Shown: one piece after another, positions 48,166 to 58,039 of the stretch
Numbering within the stretch: position 1 is the first letter of the stretch
How the letters are laid out: the number at the start of each line of letters is the position of its first letter
Assembly: GCA_963817385.1 (NCBI GenBank)
Contig: CAWFOM010000001.1
Location: 1-64,000, forward strand
Length of the DNA: 64,000 nucleotides
From: an uncultured delta proteobacterium
Lineage (GTDB): Bacteria; Desulfobacterota; Syntrophia; Syntrophales; UBA5619
Direction: 5' to 3'
Notes under the pieces: model-generated
What the model saw: the letters and a program-made list of their open reading frames with translations, nothing else
Databases searched by the model: none
What the model was told of the DNA's origin: nothing
Position numbers and translations under genes: made by a program

Positions 48166-48609
48166 TTACAGGACATCTTCGAGTATCTCTGCCGCCGCCC
48201 GGACAAACCGGGGACAGTGTTCGGTAAACAATCCCTTCTCCCGGGCCTTCTGGATCCCTTCCGCCGTCGTGAGGTCGCAGCCCAGGAGTTCCCGGCAGAG
48301 GAGAGAACCGTTGTGCGACCGGAAACGGTCGGCGAAGTCGCGGGCACGGGCATAGGTCTTCTCTTTCGTCTCTTTGTCCCTCGCATCCGTATGCCCGTGC
48401 TTCAACCCGATGACGATCAGCGCGCCCGTGACGGCTCCGCACACCTCTCCAAGACCTCCCATCCCCCCTCCGAATGCGGCCGCCGCCTTCAGGGCGACTT
48501 CCCTCTCCAGGCCGAATTCGCCGCCATACGTAGAAAGAATCGCCTGCGAACAGTTGAAACCCTCACGGAAACAACCGACTGCCGCTTCAACCTTACCGAT
48601 CATAATCAT
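48166..48609 (-). CDS. C_GCAxxG_C_C family putative redox protein
   Basis: FNCSQA, FGGGMG..VCGAVTG, CRELLG, terminal Cys. Confidence 0.88.
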   Translation of the reverse strand: MIMIGKVEAAVGCFREGFNCSQAILSTYGGEFGLEREVALKAAAAFGGGMGGLGEVCGAVTGALIVIGLKHGHTDARDKETKEKTYARARDFADRFRSHNGSLLCRELLGCDLTTAEGIQKAREKGLFTEHCPRFVRAAAEILEDVL

Positions 48610-48918
48610 CCCGTCTCCAATCGAGTCACCACAGTAATTTCCCCATGCCTTTCTCTCATGAAACCAGGGGGACTACGCTCAATCGCGCAGCATATAGTAC
48701 GGATAGCTTGCCGCCGTCAAATGCTAAATGGCCGGAACATCTCCCCGCCGGCGAGGTTCACCGGCGGTGAAGCCGCTCGAAGAGGCCCCACGGCCGTACC
48801 AACCGATCTGCCGGGAAACATGAAGTCGTTTGTCGGCTTCGGCAGGAGCAAACGGTTGACATTGCCGGGGCCATCCATTATAGTAACCGCGAATCGTCAG
48901 GGACCGAGAATTGATGCC

Positions 48919-49887
48919 ATGCAGATACAGGATGTCTTTCACTACTTCGGAAATGATCTGAAGCGGGTCGAGGAGCACATGGAGACCTATCTCCGCTCGG
49001 AAATGCGTCTCGTCCCGGAAATCATCCACCACCTGATCGGCAGCGGCGGCAAACGGTTCAGGCCCCTTCTGCTTCTGGCCACCTCCGAACTCTGCGGCTA
49101 CCGGGGGGAGCGCCGCTATCCCCTGTCGGCCATGATCGAATTCATCCACACCGCAAGCCTCCTCCACGACGATGTGATCGACCATGCGGAAACCCGGCGC
49201 GGAAAAGCCTCTGCAAACCGCGTGTGGGGGAACGCCGCAAGTGTTCTCGTCGGAGACTTTCTCTACTCCAAATCGTTCCGGCTGATGACCGACGACGGGA
49301 ACTGGGCCATCATCAAGCTCATTTCCACCACCACCAACACGATGTCGGAGGGAGAGATCTTCCAGTTGATGAAAACCGGTGACATCAAGATCACCGAAAA
49401 GGAGTATCTGTCGATCGTCGAGAAGAAAACCTCCATTCTCATTTCGGCGGCCTGCGCCATCGGCGGCATCCTGGGAAACGCCGCGGACTCTCAGATCGAG
49501 GCGCTGACCCGTTTCGGGATGAGGCTGGGCACCGCTTTCCAGATTACGGACGACACCCTCGATTATGTGGCCCGCGAGGAAGAATTCGGCAAGGCGATCG
49601 GCCAGGACCTCAAAGAGGGGAAACTGACGCTGCCGCTCATCAGGACGATGAAGAAGTGCACCCCGGAGGAACGGTCGTTCATCCGCAAGGGAATCGAGGG
49701 AAAGGACGAGGCGTCCTTGGCCGAGATCATGACCCTCATCCATCGCTATGACGGCATCCCCTATGCCCTGGCCAAGGCCAAAACCTGTATCGATGAGGCC
49801 AAGGGATTCCTGACCTCCTTTACCGACTCGGAAGCCAAAACGGCCCTTCACACCATCGCCGATTACATCATCGAGAGGCGACTGTAA
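48919..49887 (+). CDS. ispB: Trans-polyprenyl diphosphate synthase (IspB-like)
   Basis: GGKRFRP, LLHDDVID..RRG, KKT, FQITDDTLD; the track's 719-aa ORF has a spurious N-terminal extension. Confidence 0.9.
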   Translation: MQIQDVFHYFGNDLKRVEEHMETYLRSEMRLVPEIIHHLIGSGGKRFRPLLLLATSELCGYRGERRYPLSAMIEFIHTASLLHDDVIDHAETRRGKASANRVWGNAASVLVGDFLYSKSFRLMTDDGNWAIIKLISTTTNTMSEGEIFQLMKTGDIKITEKEYLSIVEKKTSILISAACAIGGILGNAADSQIEALTRFGMRLGTAFQITDDTLDYVAREEEFGKAIGQDLKEGKLTLPLIRTMKKCTPEERSFIRKGIEGKDEASLAEIMTLIHRYDGIPYALAKAKTCIDEAKGFLTSFTDSEAKTALHTIADYIIERRL

Positions 49888-49894
49888 GCACCGC

Positions 49895-50027
49895 TCAGAG
49901 CACCGCCGGCGCGGGATCGACCGTAAGCGTCAGGATATTCCGCCCTCCCTCCCGCCGGTACCGGATCTCCCGGACCAGCCGTTTGACGAGAAATATCAAC
50001 AGGCCGCCGGAATGACTCCCCCTGCCC
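49895..50027 (-). pseudogene. C-terminal fragment of an RsbW-type anti-sigma kinase (HATPase)
   Basis: GGLLIFLVKRLVREIRYRREGGRNILTLTV*. Confidence 0.6.
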
Positions 50028-50150
50028 GGAGTCTTCTTCCTCGGAGTGGTGGAGGATTTCGTCTGTGAAACGCGCCAGATTCTCCTTGCACTGGGGGATA
50101 CGCTTCTGTTATACACGGACGGCCTCACCGAGGTGCTGAACAACGACAAG
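50028..50150 (+). pseudogene. Internal fragment of a SpoIIE/RsbU PP2C phosphatase
   Basis: LGVVEDFVCETRQILLALGDTLLLYTDGLTEVLN. Confidence 0.65.
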
Positions 50151-50186
50151 CGTTTCTCGAAAGAAAAAAGAAATGGAGAACAGATC

Positions 50187-50906
50187 ATGAATATACCCCA
50201 AAAAGCGTTTCTCACCCTCTGCGTCCTGATGGTCATCATGACCGGCGCCCCTCTTCAGGCGGCCACGCCTGAGGAATCCTTCCGGAAGAGTTTCCCCGAC
50301 ATCCCGCTGGAGAGCGTTATCCCCACCGACATCCCCGGCCTCTATGAGGTCGTCGCCGGCGGCAGGATCGTCTATTACGCCCCGGGACCGGATTACGTGA
50401 TCATCGGGGAGATCTTAACCAAGGAGAAGAAAAACCTGACGCAAGCACGGAATACCGAGATCCAGGGAAAGAAGTTCAGGGACCTCCCTCTCGAAAAAGC
50501 ATTGAAGATCGGCAGCGGTTCTCACACGGTGATCGAAGTCACCGATCCGGACTGCCCGTTCTGCCGGAAGGCCTCCGACTATTTCGCGAAAAGAAACGAC
50601 GTGACGCGGTATGTCTTCTTATACCCGCTCCCGATGCATCCGAAAGCCGAGGCGAAGATCCGTTACATTTTCTGCGCGAAAGACCGGACCAAGGCGTATG
50701 AGGAGGCGATGACCGGAAAACTCGACGATATGAAATTCACATCCTGCGACGACGCCGCGGCGGCTGAATTGGTCAAGACCCACAAGGAGCTCGGCGACAA
50801 GATCGGGATCGCGGGCCTCGGCACACCCATGTTTGTAATCGACGGGCAGTTTGTCAGAGGCGCCAACATGCCCCAGATGGAAAAGATCCTCGGCGCCAAG
50901 AAGTGA
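50187..50906 (+). CDS. dsbC: DsbC-family thiol:disulfide isomerase
   Basis: Signal peptide; IPGLYEV dimerisation domain; TDPDCPFC; GTP cis-Pro. Confidence 0.88.
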   Translation: MNIPQKAFLTLCVLMVIMTGAPLQAATPEESFRKSFPDIPLESVIPTDIPGLYEVVAGGRIVYYAPGPDYVIIGEILTKEKKNLTQARNTEIQGKKFRDLPLEKALKIGSGSHTVIEVTDPDCPFCRKASDYFAKRNDVTRYVFLYPLPMHPKAEAKIRYIFCAKDRTKAYEEAMTGKLDDMKFTSCDDAAAAELVKTHKELGDKIGIAGLGTPMFVIDGQFVRGANMPQMEKILGAKK

Positions 50907-50965
50907 GGAGACGGCACGGCACAGGGCGGTACGGGTACGTCAACGATGAAGGGAGATGAACAAAC

Positions 50966-52165
50966 GTGTTGAACGAGCGGTATCTTGAACGATACGCCGA
51001 CGTCCTCATCTGGGGACTCAAGACCGCCCGCCGGGAGCGGTTTCGAAAAAAGGACGTCATCCTTATCCATTACGACCGCGCCGCCCTCCGGCTCGCGGAG
51101 ATCCTCTACGATCACGTCGTCGCCGCGGGCATGAACCCCATCCAGCGGATGGGGTTTTCCGTCGCGATGGAGCGCTCCTTCTTTCGAAAGGCGAACGGAC
51201 AACAGCTGGTTTTTCAGGCCCCCGGGGAGAAGGAGCTCTGCGGGAGCATCAACGGCCGGATCTTCCTCCACGCCCCGGATTCTCTGACCCACCTGAAAGA
51301 TGTCGATCCCATCCGGATCGGCAAGGCGATCGTCGCCCGCAAACCGCTCCGCGACATCCTCGAAAAACGAGAGCAGGGGGGGGCCTACGGCTGGACCCTC
51401 TGCACCCTGCCGACGCCGGAACTCGCGGCACAGGCCCGCACGACGCCGGAGCTCTACACCGAGCAGATCATCCGGGCCTGCTATCTCGATCGGAGAGATC
51501 CGGTCGGCGAATGGGAAACGATCCGCCGAAACGCGACCGCCATCAAAGAGTGGCTGAGCGGCCTGAAGGCGGCCTTCTTCCATATCGAATCCGAACGGTG
51601 CGATCTGAGGATCACGCCGGGGGCCGAGCGAAAATGGGCCGGGGTCTCCGGGCACAACATCCCGAGCTTCGAGCTCTTCATCTCCCCGGACTGGCGCGGC
51701 ACCGAGGGGACCTATACCGCGAATCTCCCCTCGTACCGAAGCGGCAATTACGTCGAGGGGGTGCGTCTGACTTTTGTCAAGGGGGCCGCCGTCAAAATCA
51801 GGGCGGAGAAAGGCGAGGCGTTCACCGCGAAGCAGCTCCGGATGGATCGGGGAGCGGCGCGCATCGGCGAATTCTCGCTGACGGACCGGCGCTTCTCAAG
51901 GATCGACCGGTTCATGGCCGACACGCTCTTCGACGAGAACTTCGGCGGGAAGTTCGGGAACTGCCACATCGCCCTCGGGTCATCGTACGCCGACACCTAC
52001 GCCGGCGATCCCGCCGCCCTGACCAAGGAGCTCAAGCGGAAGCTGGGCTTCAACGACTCCGCCCTCCACTGGGACCTGGTGAACACGGAGGATAAAACGG
52101 TCACGGCCCACCTCACGACGGGGGAGCGGATCGTGATTTACGAAAACGGCCGCTTCCGGTACTGA
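50966..52165 (+). CDS. Aminopeptidase, peptidase M29 family
   Basis: NIPSFELF, GEFSL, LFDEN, HIALG, NDSALHWD. Confidence 0.9.
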   Translation: MLNERYLERYADVLIWGLKTARRERFRKKDVILIHYDRAALRLAEILYDHVVAAGMNPIQRMGFSVAMERSFFRKANGQQLVFQAPGEKELCGSINGRIFLHAPDSLTHLKDVDPIRIGKAIVARKPLRDILEKREQGGAYGWTLCTLPTPELAAQARTTPELYTEQIIRACYLDRRDPVGEWETIRRNATAIKEWLSGLKAAFFHIESERCDLRITPGAERKWAGVSGHNIPSFELFISPDWRGTEGTYTANLPSYRSGNYVEGVRLTFVKGAAVKIRAEKGEAFTAKQLRMDRGAARIGEFSLTDRRFSRIDRFMADTLFDENFGGKFGNCHIALGSSYADTYAGDPAALTKELKRKLGFNDSALHWDLVNTEDKTVTAHLTTGERIVIYENGRFRY

Positions 52166-52252
52166 TGACCCGTGATACCGCCGAGGAACATATCGCGGGA
52201 CACGGGTAAAACGCTTATCAATTCACCATCATCCAGGAGGTTTCCGAATACC

Positions 52253-52909
52253 ATGCGATATGTGGATGCAACAACGAAGCGGCTTCTCACCGCCGGTGCG
52301 GTCCGGATCAACCTTTTCGAGCGAGCTGCCAGGGGGTTTGATGTCACGGTGGCCGGGACCGTACTACTCCTCTTTCTGCTCGTTGTTTCGGGACCGACGC
52401 CCCCTGTCTCCGCGGCCGACCCCCCGTTGCCGGCCTTCGGCGAGGGCGCCGTCGAGGTTCGTGTCTACACCGACTATTTCTGCGGACCCTGCCGCGCCGA
52501 GGAGCAGGAGGTGATGGCGGCCATCACGGAACTGGTGGCGAAGAACCGTATCCGCGTCATCTTCATCGACACGCCGCTTCACCCGGAGACGGTCCTCTAC
52601 GCCGGTTATTTTCTGGCTGCGGTTAATGCGAAGCGGGAGTTCGGCCAGGCGGTCAAAGCCCGGACCGTCCTTTTCGAGGCGGCGGGGCTGCAGATCAGGG
52701 GGAAAGACGAGCTGGAGAGCTTCCTCATAAAGAAAGGCCTGGAGATCCGGCTGCTCGACACCGCGCCCGTCTTTGCGATATTCAGCAAATACATCAAGGA
52801 AGACCGGATCAACGCAACGCCCACCGTTGTCATCGTGGGCCCCCAAGGGAAGCAAATCCCGGGCAACAAGGAGCAGATCCTCAAGGCGCTCCGCGGCCTC
52901 CGGAAATAA
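52253..52909 (+). CDS. Exported thioredoxin-fold (DsbA-like) protein
   Basis: YTDYFCGPC, ATPT; hydrophobic leader; start uncertain. Confidence 0.75.
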   Translation: MRYVDATTKRLLTAGAVRINLFERAARGFDVTVAGTVLLLFLLVVSGPTPPVSAADPPLPAFGEGAVEVRVYTDYFCGPCRAEEQEVMAAITELVAKNRIRVIFIDTPLHPETVLYAGYFLAAVNAKREFGQAVKARTVLFEAAGLQIRGKDELESFLIKKGLEIRLLDTAPVFAIFSKYIKEDRINATPTVVIVGPQGKQIPGNKEQILKALRGLRK

Positions 52910-52985
52910 GAAAGAAGGTTCGCCGCAGGAATCGCTAAAACCGACGCTCCGGGGCGGCTTCATCAGCCAGCCCGGCCCTGCTCCG

Positions 52986-54204
52986 TTTTAAAATAAAATT
53001 ATTAAATTTTAAAATTATTATTAAAATAATTTATTATAATTAAAAATTTTAAATTTTATAATTTTTATTTAAAATTATTTTATAAATTTATTTATTAAAT
53101 AAATTTATAATTTTTTTTTTAAATAATTAATATATTTATAATATTTTTATATTTAATTATTTTATAATAAAATAAAATTAATTTTTATTAAAAATAATTA
53201 ATATTAAATATAATATAATAAAATTTAATATAATATAAATTATAATTTAATTAAATATTAAATAATAAAATAAATTATTTTTATAATAAATATAATTTTA
53301 AATTTTATTAAATAAAAATATAAATATTATTAATATAATTGTTTAATGTATTTACTTCAGCAAGATCAGTAAGGCGCCGAAGTAAATAAAATTTTTAAAA
53401 ATAAAATTTTTTATTAAATTATTATATATTTTTTATATTATATATATTAAAATATTTTATAATTAAAAATTAAATAATTTTTTTTAATAAATATAAATTA
53501 TTATAAAAATTATTTAAATAAATTTTTAAAATTTAAATAATAATTATATTTTAAAATTTTATAATAATTATATTATAAATTTTAAAAATAATTTAAAAAT
53601 TAAATTTAAAAAAAATTTTTTATAAAATTTTTTTTATTTTAATAAAATTATATTTTATAAATATGTTTTATAAATTATTATAAAAATAGAATAATAATTA
53701 TAAGATGTATTTAATTTGAAATTTAAAATAACAGATAATTGAAGAGATTTTTAAGAATTATAAAATTTATATGAATTTTAAAATATATTTGTTAAATATG
53801 AAAAAAATAAAAAATTAAAATTATTATAAGTTAATTATGTTAAGAAGTGTATGAGTATGTAATTTTAGATAATAGTAAGAAAAATTGAGATGTATTTAAT
53901 AATGTGTAAATTGTTTGTTTCAATTATATTTAAAAAAAAATTGAATGATAAATATATGATAAAAGAGTGGTGTGAGAAGTGAAGAATTAAAGTTATTTTT
54001 ATATAAAAAAAAATATGGATATGTAAAGAATTATTATTATTTTAAGAATGATGAAAATATTGAAATTATGATGGTATACTCCAATGATATATATAACATT
54101 TTTTGTTTCGAAGCCGCTAATTAGATGTGTGAAGTATTTGAAAATTGTAATAAAAAAATATTATTATATTATAAATAAGTAAAAAAATTTTAAAAATTTT
54201 TAAT
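52986..54204. other. Extremely AT-rich, compositionally foreign block (~1.2 kb) between two convergent genes
   Basis: 52986-53340 and 53383-53664 contain only A/T; 53665-54200 has about 70 G versus about 10 C on the + strand (hand count); abrupt edges; no ORF of 60 aa or more. Confidence 0.95.
53349..53388. repeat. Isolated stem-loop inside the AT block
   Basis: TATTTACTTC (53349-58) pairs with GAAGTAAATA (53379-88) around AGCAAGATCAGTAAGGCGCC. Confidence 0.8.
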
Positions 54205-54213
54205 GCCTTTAGG

Positions 54214-55790
54214 TCAGACAATCACCGGTCCGTCATAGCGCTCCGCCAACGTCTCCTCGATGCCTTCCCGGTCCTGCTTCATCGCATAGGGGAGATAGTT
54301 GAGGATATCCTGGGCCGTGATCCCGTCCTCCCCCTTGTCCGCCGCGGCGAGATCCCCGGAGAGTCCGTGGATGAACACCCCCTTGCGCACCGCCTCCTCC
54401 AGGGGGAGCCCGAGGCCGAACATGGCCGCGATCGTCCCGGTCAGGACATCCCCCGATCCCGCCGTCGCCATCCCTGCGTTCCCGCTCAGGTTGATGAAGA
54501 CCCGGCGCTCCGGCGTCCCGATCAGGGAGCGGGCGCCTTTCAGGACGATCAACGCCCCGAGATCCGCGGCCGTCTCCTGGAGGATCGGAATCCTCCTCTT
54601 TTCGCCTTCGGCAACCGGCTTTCCGGTGAGCCGCGACATCTCACCCGGATGGGGGGTCAGGACCGTCGGCGCAGCGCGGCCCCGGATGATCTCCGGGTTG
54701 CCCGCCAGGGCGGTGATCCCGTCGCCGTCGATGAGAAGCGGCTTATCGATTCCGGCGGCGAGCTCCCGAACCAGCCCCTGCGTCTCGTCGGCGAGGGAGA
54801 GGCCGGGGCCGATGACGACCATGTCCACCCGTCCGGCCAGCGCAAGGAGGGCGTCTTTGTTCTTCAGGGAGAGGCTTCCCTCCGTGGTTTCCGCCTGGGG
54901 GACGAAGACGATCTCGCTCCCCCGCGTGGCGAGGAAGGGGGTCATCGACCAGGGGGCGGCGAGGCGGGCATACCCCCCGCCCGCCTTCAGAAACGACATG
55001 GCGGAAAAGTACGGGGCGCCGAAATAGCTCGCGGCGCCGGCGATGAACAGGACGTCCCCCACCGACCCCTTGTGGATCGTCCGCCCGCGCTCGGGAAGCT
55101 CTATGAAGCCGTTGATTTCGATCTGTGATCGCCTCGTCGTCGCAGAGCGACGGGGGGAAGGAGATGCGGCAGAGATGGAGCGTCCCGCAGAGGCCGCAGC
55201 CCGGATAGAGCATGTTCCCGATCTTCGGGAGGCCGAAGGTCACCGTATGGTCCGCCCGGACCGCCGTTCCCATCACCTCCCCCGTGTCGCCGTTCACCCC
55301 GGAGGGGATGTCCAGGCTGAGGACCGGCTTGCCGCTCATGTTGATCAGTTCGATCACCTCCCGGTAAATGCCGCTTACCTCGCGGTCCAGGCCCGTCCCG
55401 AAGAGGGCGTCGACGATCCCGTCGCTGTGAACAACCGCCGGCCGGACCGCCGCGATCTCCTTGACCCGCTTCACCTCGATGGGAAGCCGCGCGACGATCT
55501 CCATGTTGGTTTTTGCCGCCCCCCCAAAGCGCTCGGGGTCGCCGACAAGGAAGACCCGGGGGGTGCCGCCGCCGGAGAGGATGTGCCGCGCCACGACGAG
55601 ACCGTCGCCGCCGTTGTTCCCGATCCCGCAGAAAATACAAAAGCGCCGCCCGGCGACGCCCAACGTCTCGGGAGAGGATCTGAAACGACGCCCGTCCGGC
55701 GTTCTCCATGAGGATCTCCTCGGATATCCCCAGGTTTTCGACGGCATGCCGGTCCATCCCCCGCATCTGCTCAACACTGCTGACCTTCAT
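54214..55790 (-). CDS. nnr: Bifunctional NAD(P)HX epimerase/dehydratase; frameshifts near 55670 and 55125
   Basis: LMENAG, GNNGGDG, DALFGTG, DIPSG, HKG, GPGL, TPHPGE, LKG and AGSGDVL spread over three frames. Confidence 0.88.
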
Positions 55791-55926
55791 CTTCTCCCCC
55801 TTGTCATTTGAGCCAGTCGGCCATCTGCGTCCATTCCCCGGAATTGCTAAGTCCGTTCTTCTCGACTGATGTCTCCCCGCTTGATTATAGGTCAAATACA
55901 AAACGTTGAACTCCGGAACGGATATA

Positions 55927-58026
55927 TCATCGCTTCATTTCCGCACCGAGGAGCGCCGCCAGCGCCTTCGGATCGGTAACCGGCTGCCGGCAGGAGAAGC
56001 CGGCGCAGACATAGGCGGCGGCCCGGCCCTCGATGGCCCGCATCTCCTTCGTGAACGGGGCGATCGCCGCAATCGCCGGGGCGTCCTCCCCCTCGGGACG
56101 CATGAGCAGCGTCAGATTGGGCAGATAGCGCCGTCGGATAACCGCGAGTAGCGCGGAGGTGTCCTCCCCTCCGCGCAGACCGGCGATCACCACCTCGCGG
56201 GAGGGCGCCGTGAGAAGCTCCAGGGCGATCATCCACTGCGCATGGGCGGAGGGGATATGCTGAAGGGACCCGGCAAAGGCGCGGCCGAGCGCCGCAGCCT
56301 CCGCTTCCCGGCGGTGGTCCCCGGTCATCCTCCCGAGACGGACCAGATTCATCAGGGTCACGGCGTTCCCCGACGGGACGGCCCCGTCGTGCCCCTCCTT
56401 AGGCCGAAAGAGGAGCGTCTCCCCGTCGTCCGGGGTGGAGAAGTACCCCCCGTCGAGATCGCGGAAGTGCCCGTCGATGATCCCCTGAAGGGCAAGCGCC
56501 TCGCGTAGATCCCCGGCGGCGAAGCCTGCCTCGTACGATTCGATCAGTCCCCAGATGAGAAAGGCATAATCGTCGAGATTCGCCGTCACGGCCGCCTCCC
56601 CCTTGCAGAACCGGTGGAGAAGCCGTCCGTCGGCCGTTTTCATCCGCGCAAAGATAAACTCGATCGCCGCCCGGGCCGCATCGAGATACTGAGGTTCGTT
56701 CAGAACACGGGCCGCCCGGGCCAATGCCGCGATCATGAGGCCGTTCCAGTCGGCCAGGATCTTGTCGTCGCGCTCCGGGCGGACGCGCTTTTCCCGAACC
56801 GCGAGCAGTCGGAGGCGGACCGCATCCAGGCGCTCGAGAAATTGCGCTTCCGTCATCCCGAGCCCCTTGGCGATCTCCGCCGGTGACCCGGGAGCGTGGA
56901 GGATATTCGCCCTTGATCCTTCCCCCGTCACCGGATCGATGAAATTGCCCTCCTCGGCAAGCGCGAAGGCGGCGGCCGCCAGGCGCATCTCTTCCGGATC
57001 GAGGAGCCGGCGGAGATCGTCCATCCGCCACAGGTAGAAGCGTCCCTCTTCCCCCTCGCTGTCGGCATCCTCCGCGGCATAAAACCCTCCCTCCGGCGCC
57101 AAAAGGTCGCGCAGGCAATAATCGAGGATCTCCCGCACCGTCCGGCCGTGGGCCTCATCGCCGGTCGCCTGATACGCCTCCGTGTAGGCGAGCGCGAGGA
57201 GCGCCTGATCGTAAAGCATTTTCTCAAAGTGGGGAACAAGCCATTGCCGGTCGGTGCTGTAGCGATGGAAGCCGTGCCCCAGTTGATCGTACACTCCCCC
57301 CTGACGCATCGCGGAGAGGGTCTTCAGAGCCATCCGGAGCGCATCCTCTTCGCCGGTCCGCTGCCAGTACCTAAGCAGGAAGACGATCTGATGCGGCATC
57401 GGAAACTTCGGCGCGTCGCCGAATCCGCCGTATGCATTGTCATACCGCCCGCCGAGTTCGAGAACGGCCCGGGCAAGGAGCTCTTCGGCATCAAGATCGC
57501 CCTGCTCCATCCGGGGTTGCATCAGGAGGTTAACCGTCTCCGCCGCGGCCTTCTCCACCTCGCCGCGCCGGGTCTCCCAGATGGTTCTGAGCCGGGGGAT
57601 CAGCTCGACGAGCCCCGGCCGCCCCCACTTGCTTTCTTTCGGAATATACGTGGCCGCGTAGAAGGGGCGCCGGTCGGGCGTCATGACGATGGTGAGCGGC
57701 CAGCCGCCGCTCCCGGTCATCATCTGACAGACGCTCATATAGATCCCGTCGATGTCCGGCCGCTCCTCGCGGTCCACCTTGACGCAGACGAAGGCCTCAT
57801 TGAGAAGGGCGGCCACGGTTTCGTCCTCGAAGGACTCGTGGGCCATGACGTGGCACCAATGGCACGTGGAGTATCCGACGGAGAGAAAGACCGGCCTGTC
57901 TTCCTTTTGCGCCCGGTCAAAGGCCTCCTCTCCCCAGGGATACCAGTCCACGGGGTTACCGGCATGCTGGAGGAGGTAGGGACTCTTCTCATGGGCAAGA
58001 CGGTTGGGGGGTCGGGAGTTCATCAT
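55927..58026 (-). CDS. YyaL/SSP411 (DUF255) thioredoxin-domain protein
   Basis: [42 protein letters not shown]. Confidence 0.92.
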   Translation of the reverse strand: MMNSRPPNRLAHEKSPYLLQHAGNPVDWYPWGEEAFDRAQKEDRPVFLSVGYSTCHWCHVMAHESFEDETVAALLNEAFVCVKVDREERPDIDGIYMSVCQMMTGSGGWPLTIVMTPDRRPFYAATYIPKESKWGRPGLVELIPRLRTIWETRRGEVEKAAAETVNLLMQPRMEQGDLDAEELLARAVLELGGRYDNAYGGFGDAPKFPMPHQIVFLLRYWQRTGEEDALRMALKTLSAMRQGGVYDQLGHGFHRYSTDRQWLVPHFEKMLYDQALLALAYTEAYQATGDEAHGRTVREILDYCLRDLLAPEGGFYAAEDADSEGEEGRFYLWRMDDLRRLLDPEEMRLAAAAFALAEEGNFIDPVTGEGSRANILHAPGSPAEIAKGLGMTEAQFLERLDAVRLRLLAVREKRVRPERDDKILADWNGLMIAALARAARVLNEPQYLDAARAAIEFIFARMKTADGRLLHRFCKGEAAVTANLDDYAFLIWGLIESYEAGFAAGDLREALALQGIIDGHFRDLDGGYFSTPDDGETLLFRPKEGHDGAVPSGNAVTLMNLVRLGRMTGDHRREAEAAALGRAFAGSLQHIPSAHAQWMIALELLTAPSREVVIAGLRGGEDTSALLAVIRRRYLPNLTLLMRPEGEDAPAIAAIAPFTKEMRAIEGRAAAYVCAGFSCRQPVTDPKALAALLGAEMKR

Positions 58027-58039
58027 ATCGTGCCGCCTC

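Noticed and set aside
47728..48918. N-terminal 397 aa of the 719-aa ORF as a novel prenyltransferase fusion
   Set aside because: Overlaps two real minus-strand genes; prenyltransferase homology starts at MQIQDV (48919)
50046..50186. PP2C-DsbC fusion protein
   Set aside because: Only about 40 aa of PP2C remain, and dsbC has its own GGAG RBS, ATG and signal peptide at 50187
52986..54204. AT block as CRISPR leader/array, IS element, oriC or organellar gene
   Set aside because: No repeat-spacer units, cas or transposase genes, terminal repeats or DnaA-box cluster; TAA stops break the frames checked even with TGA=Trp
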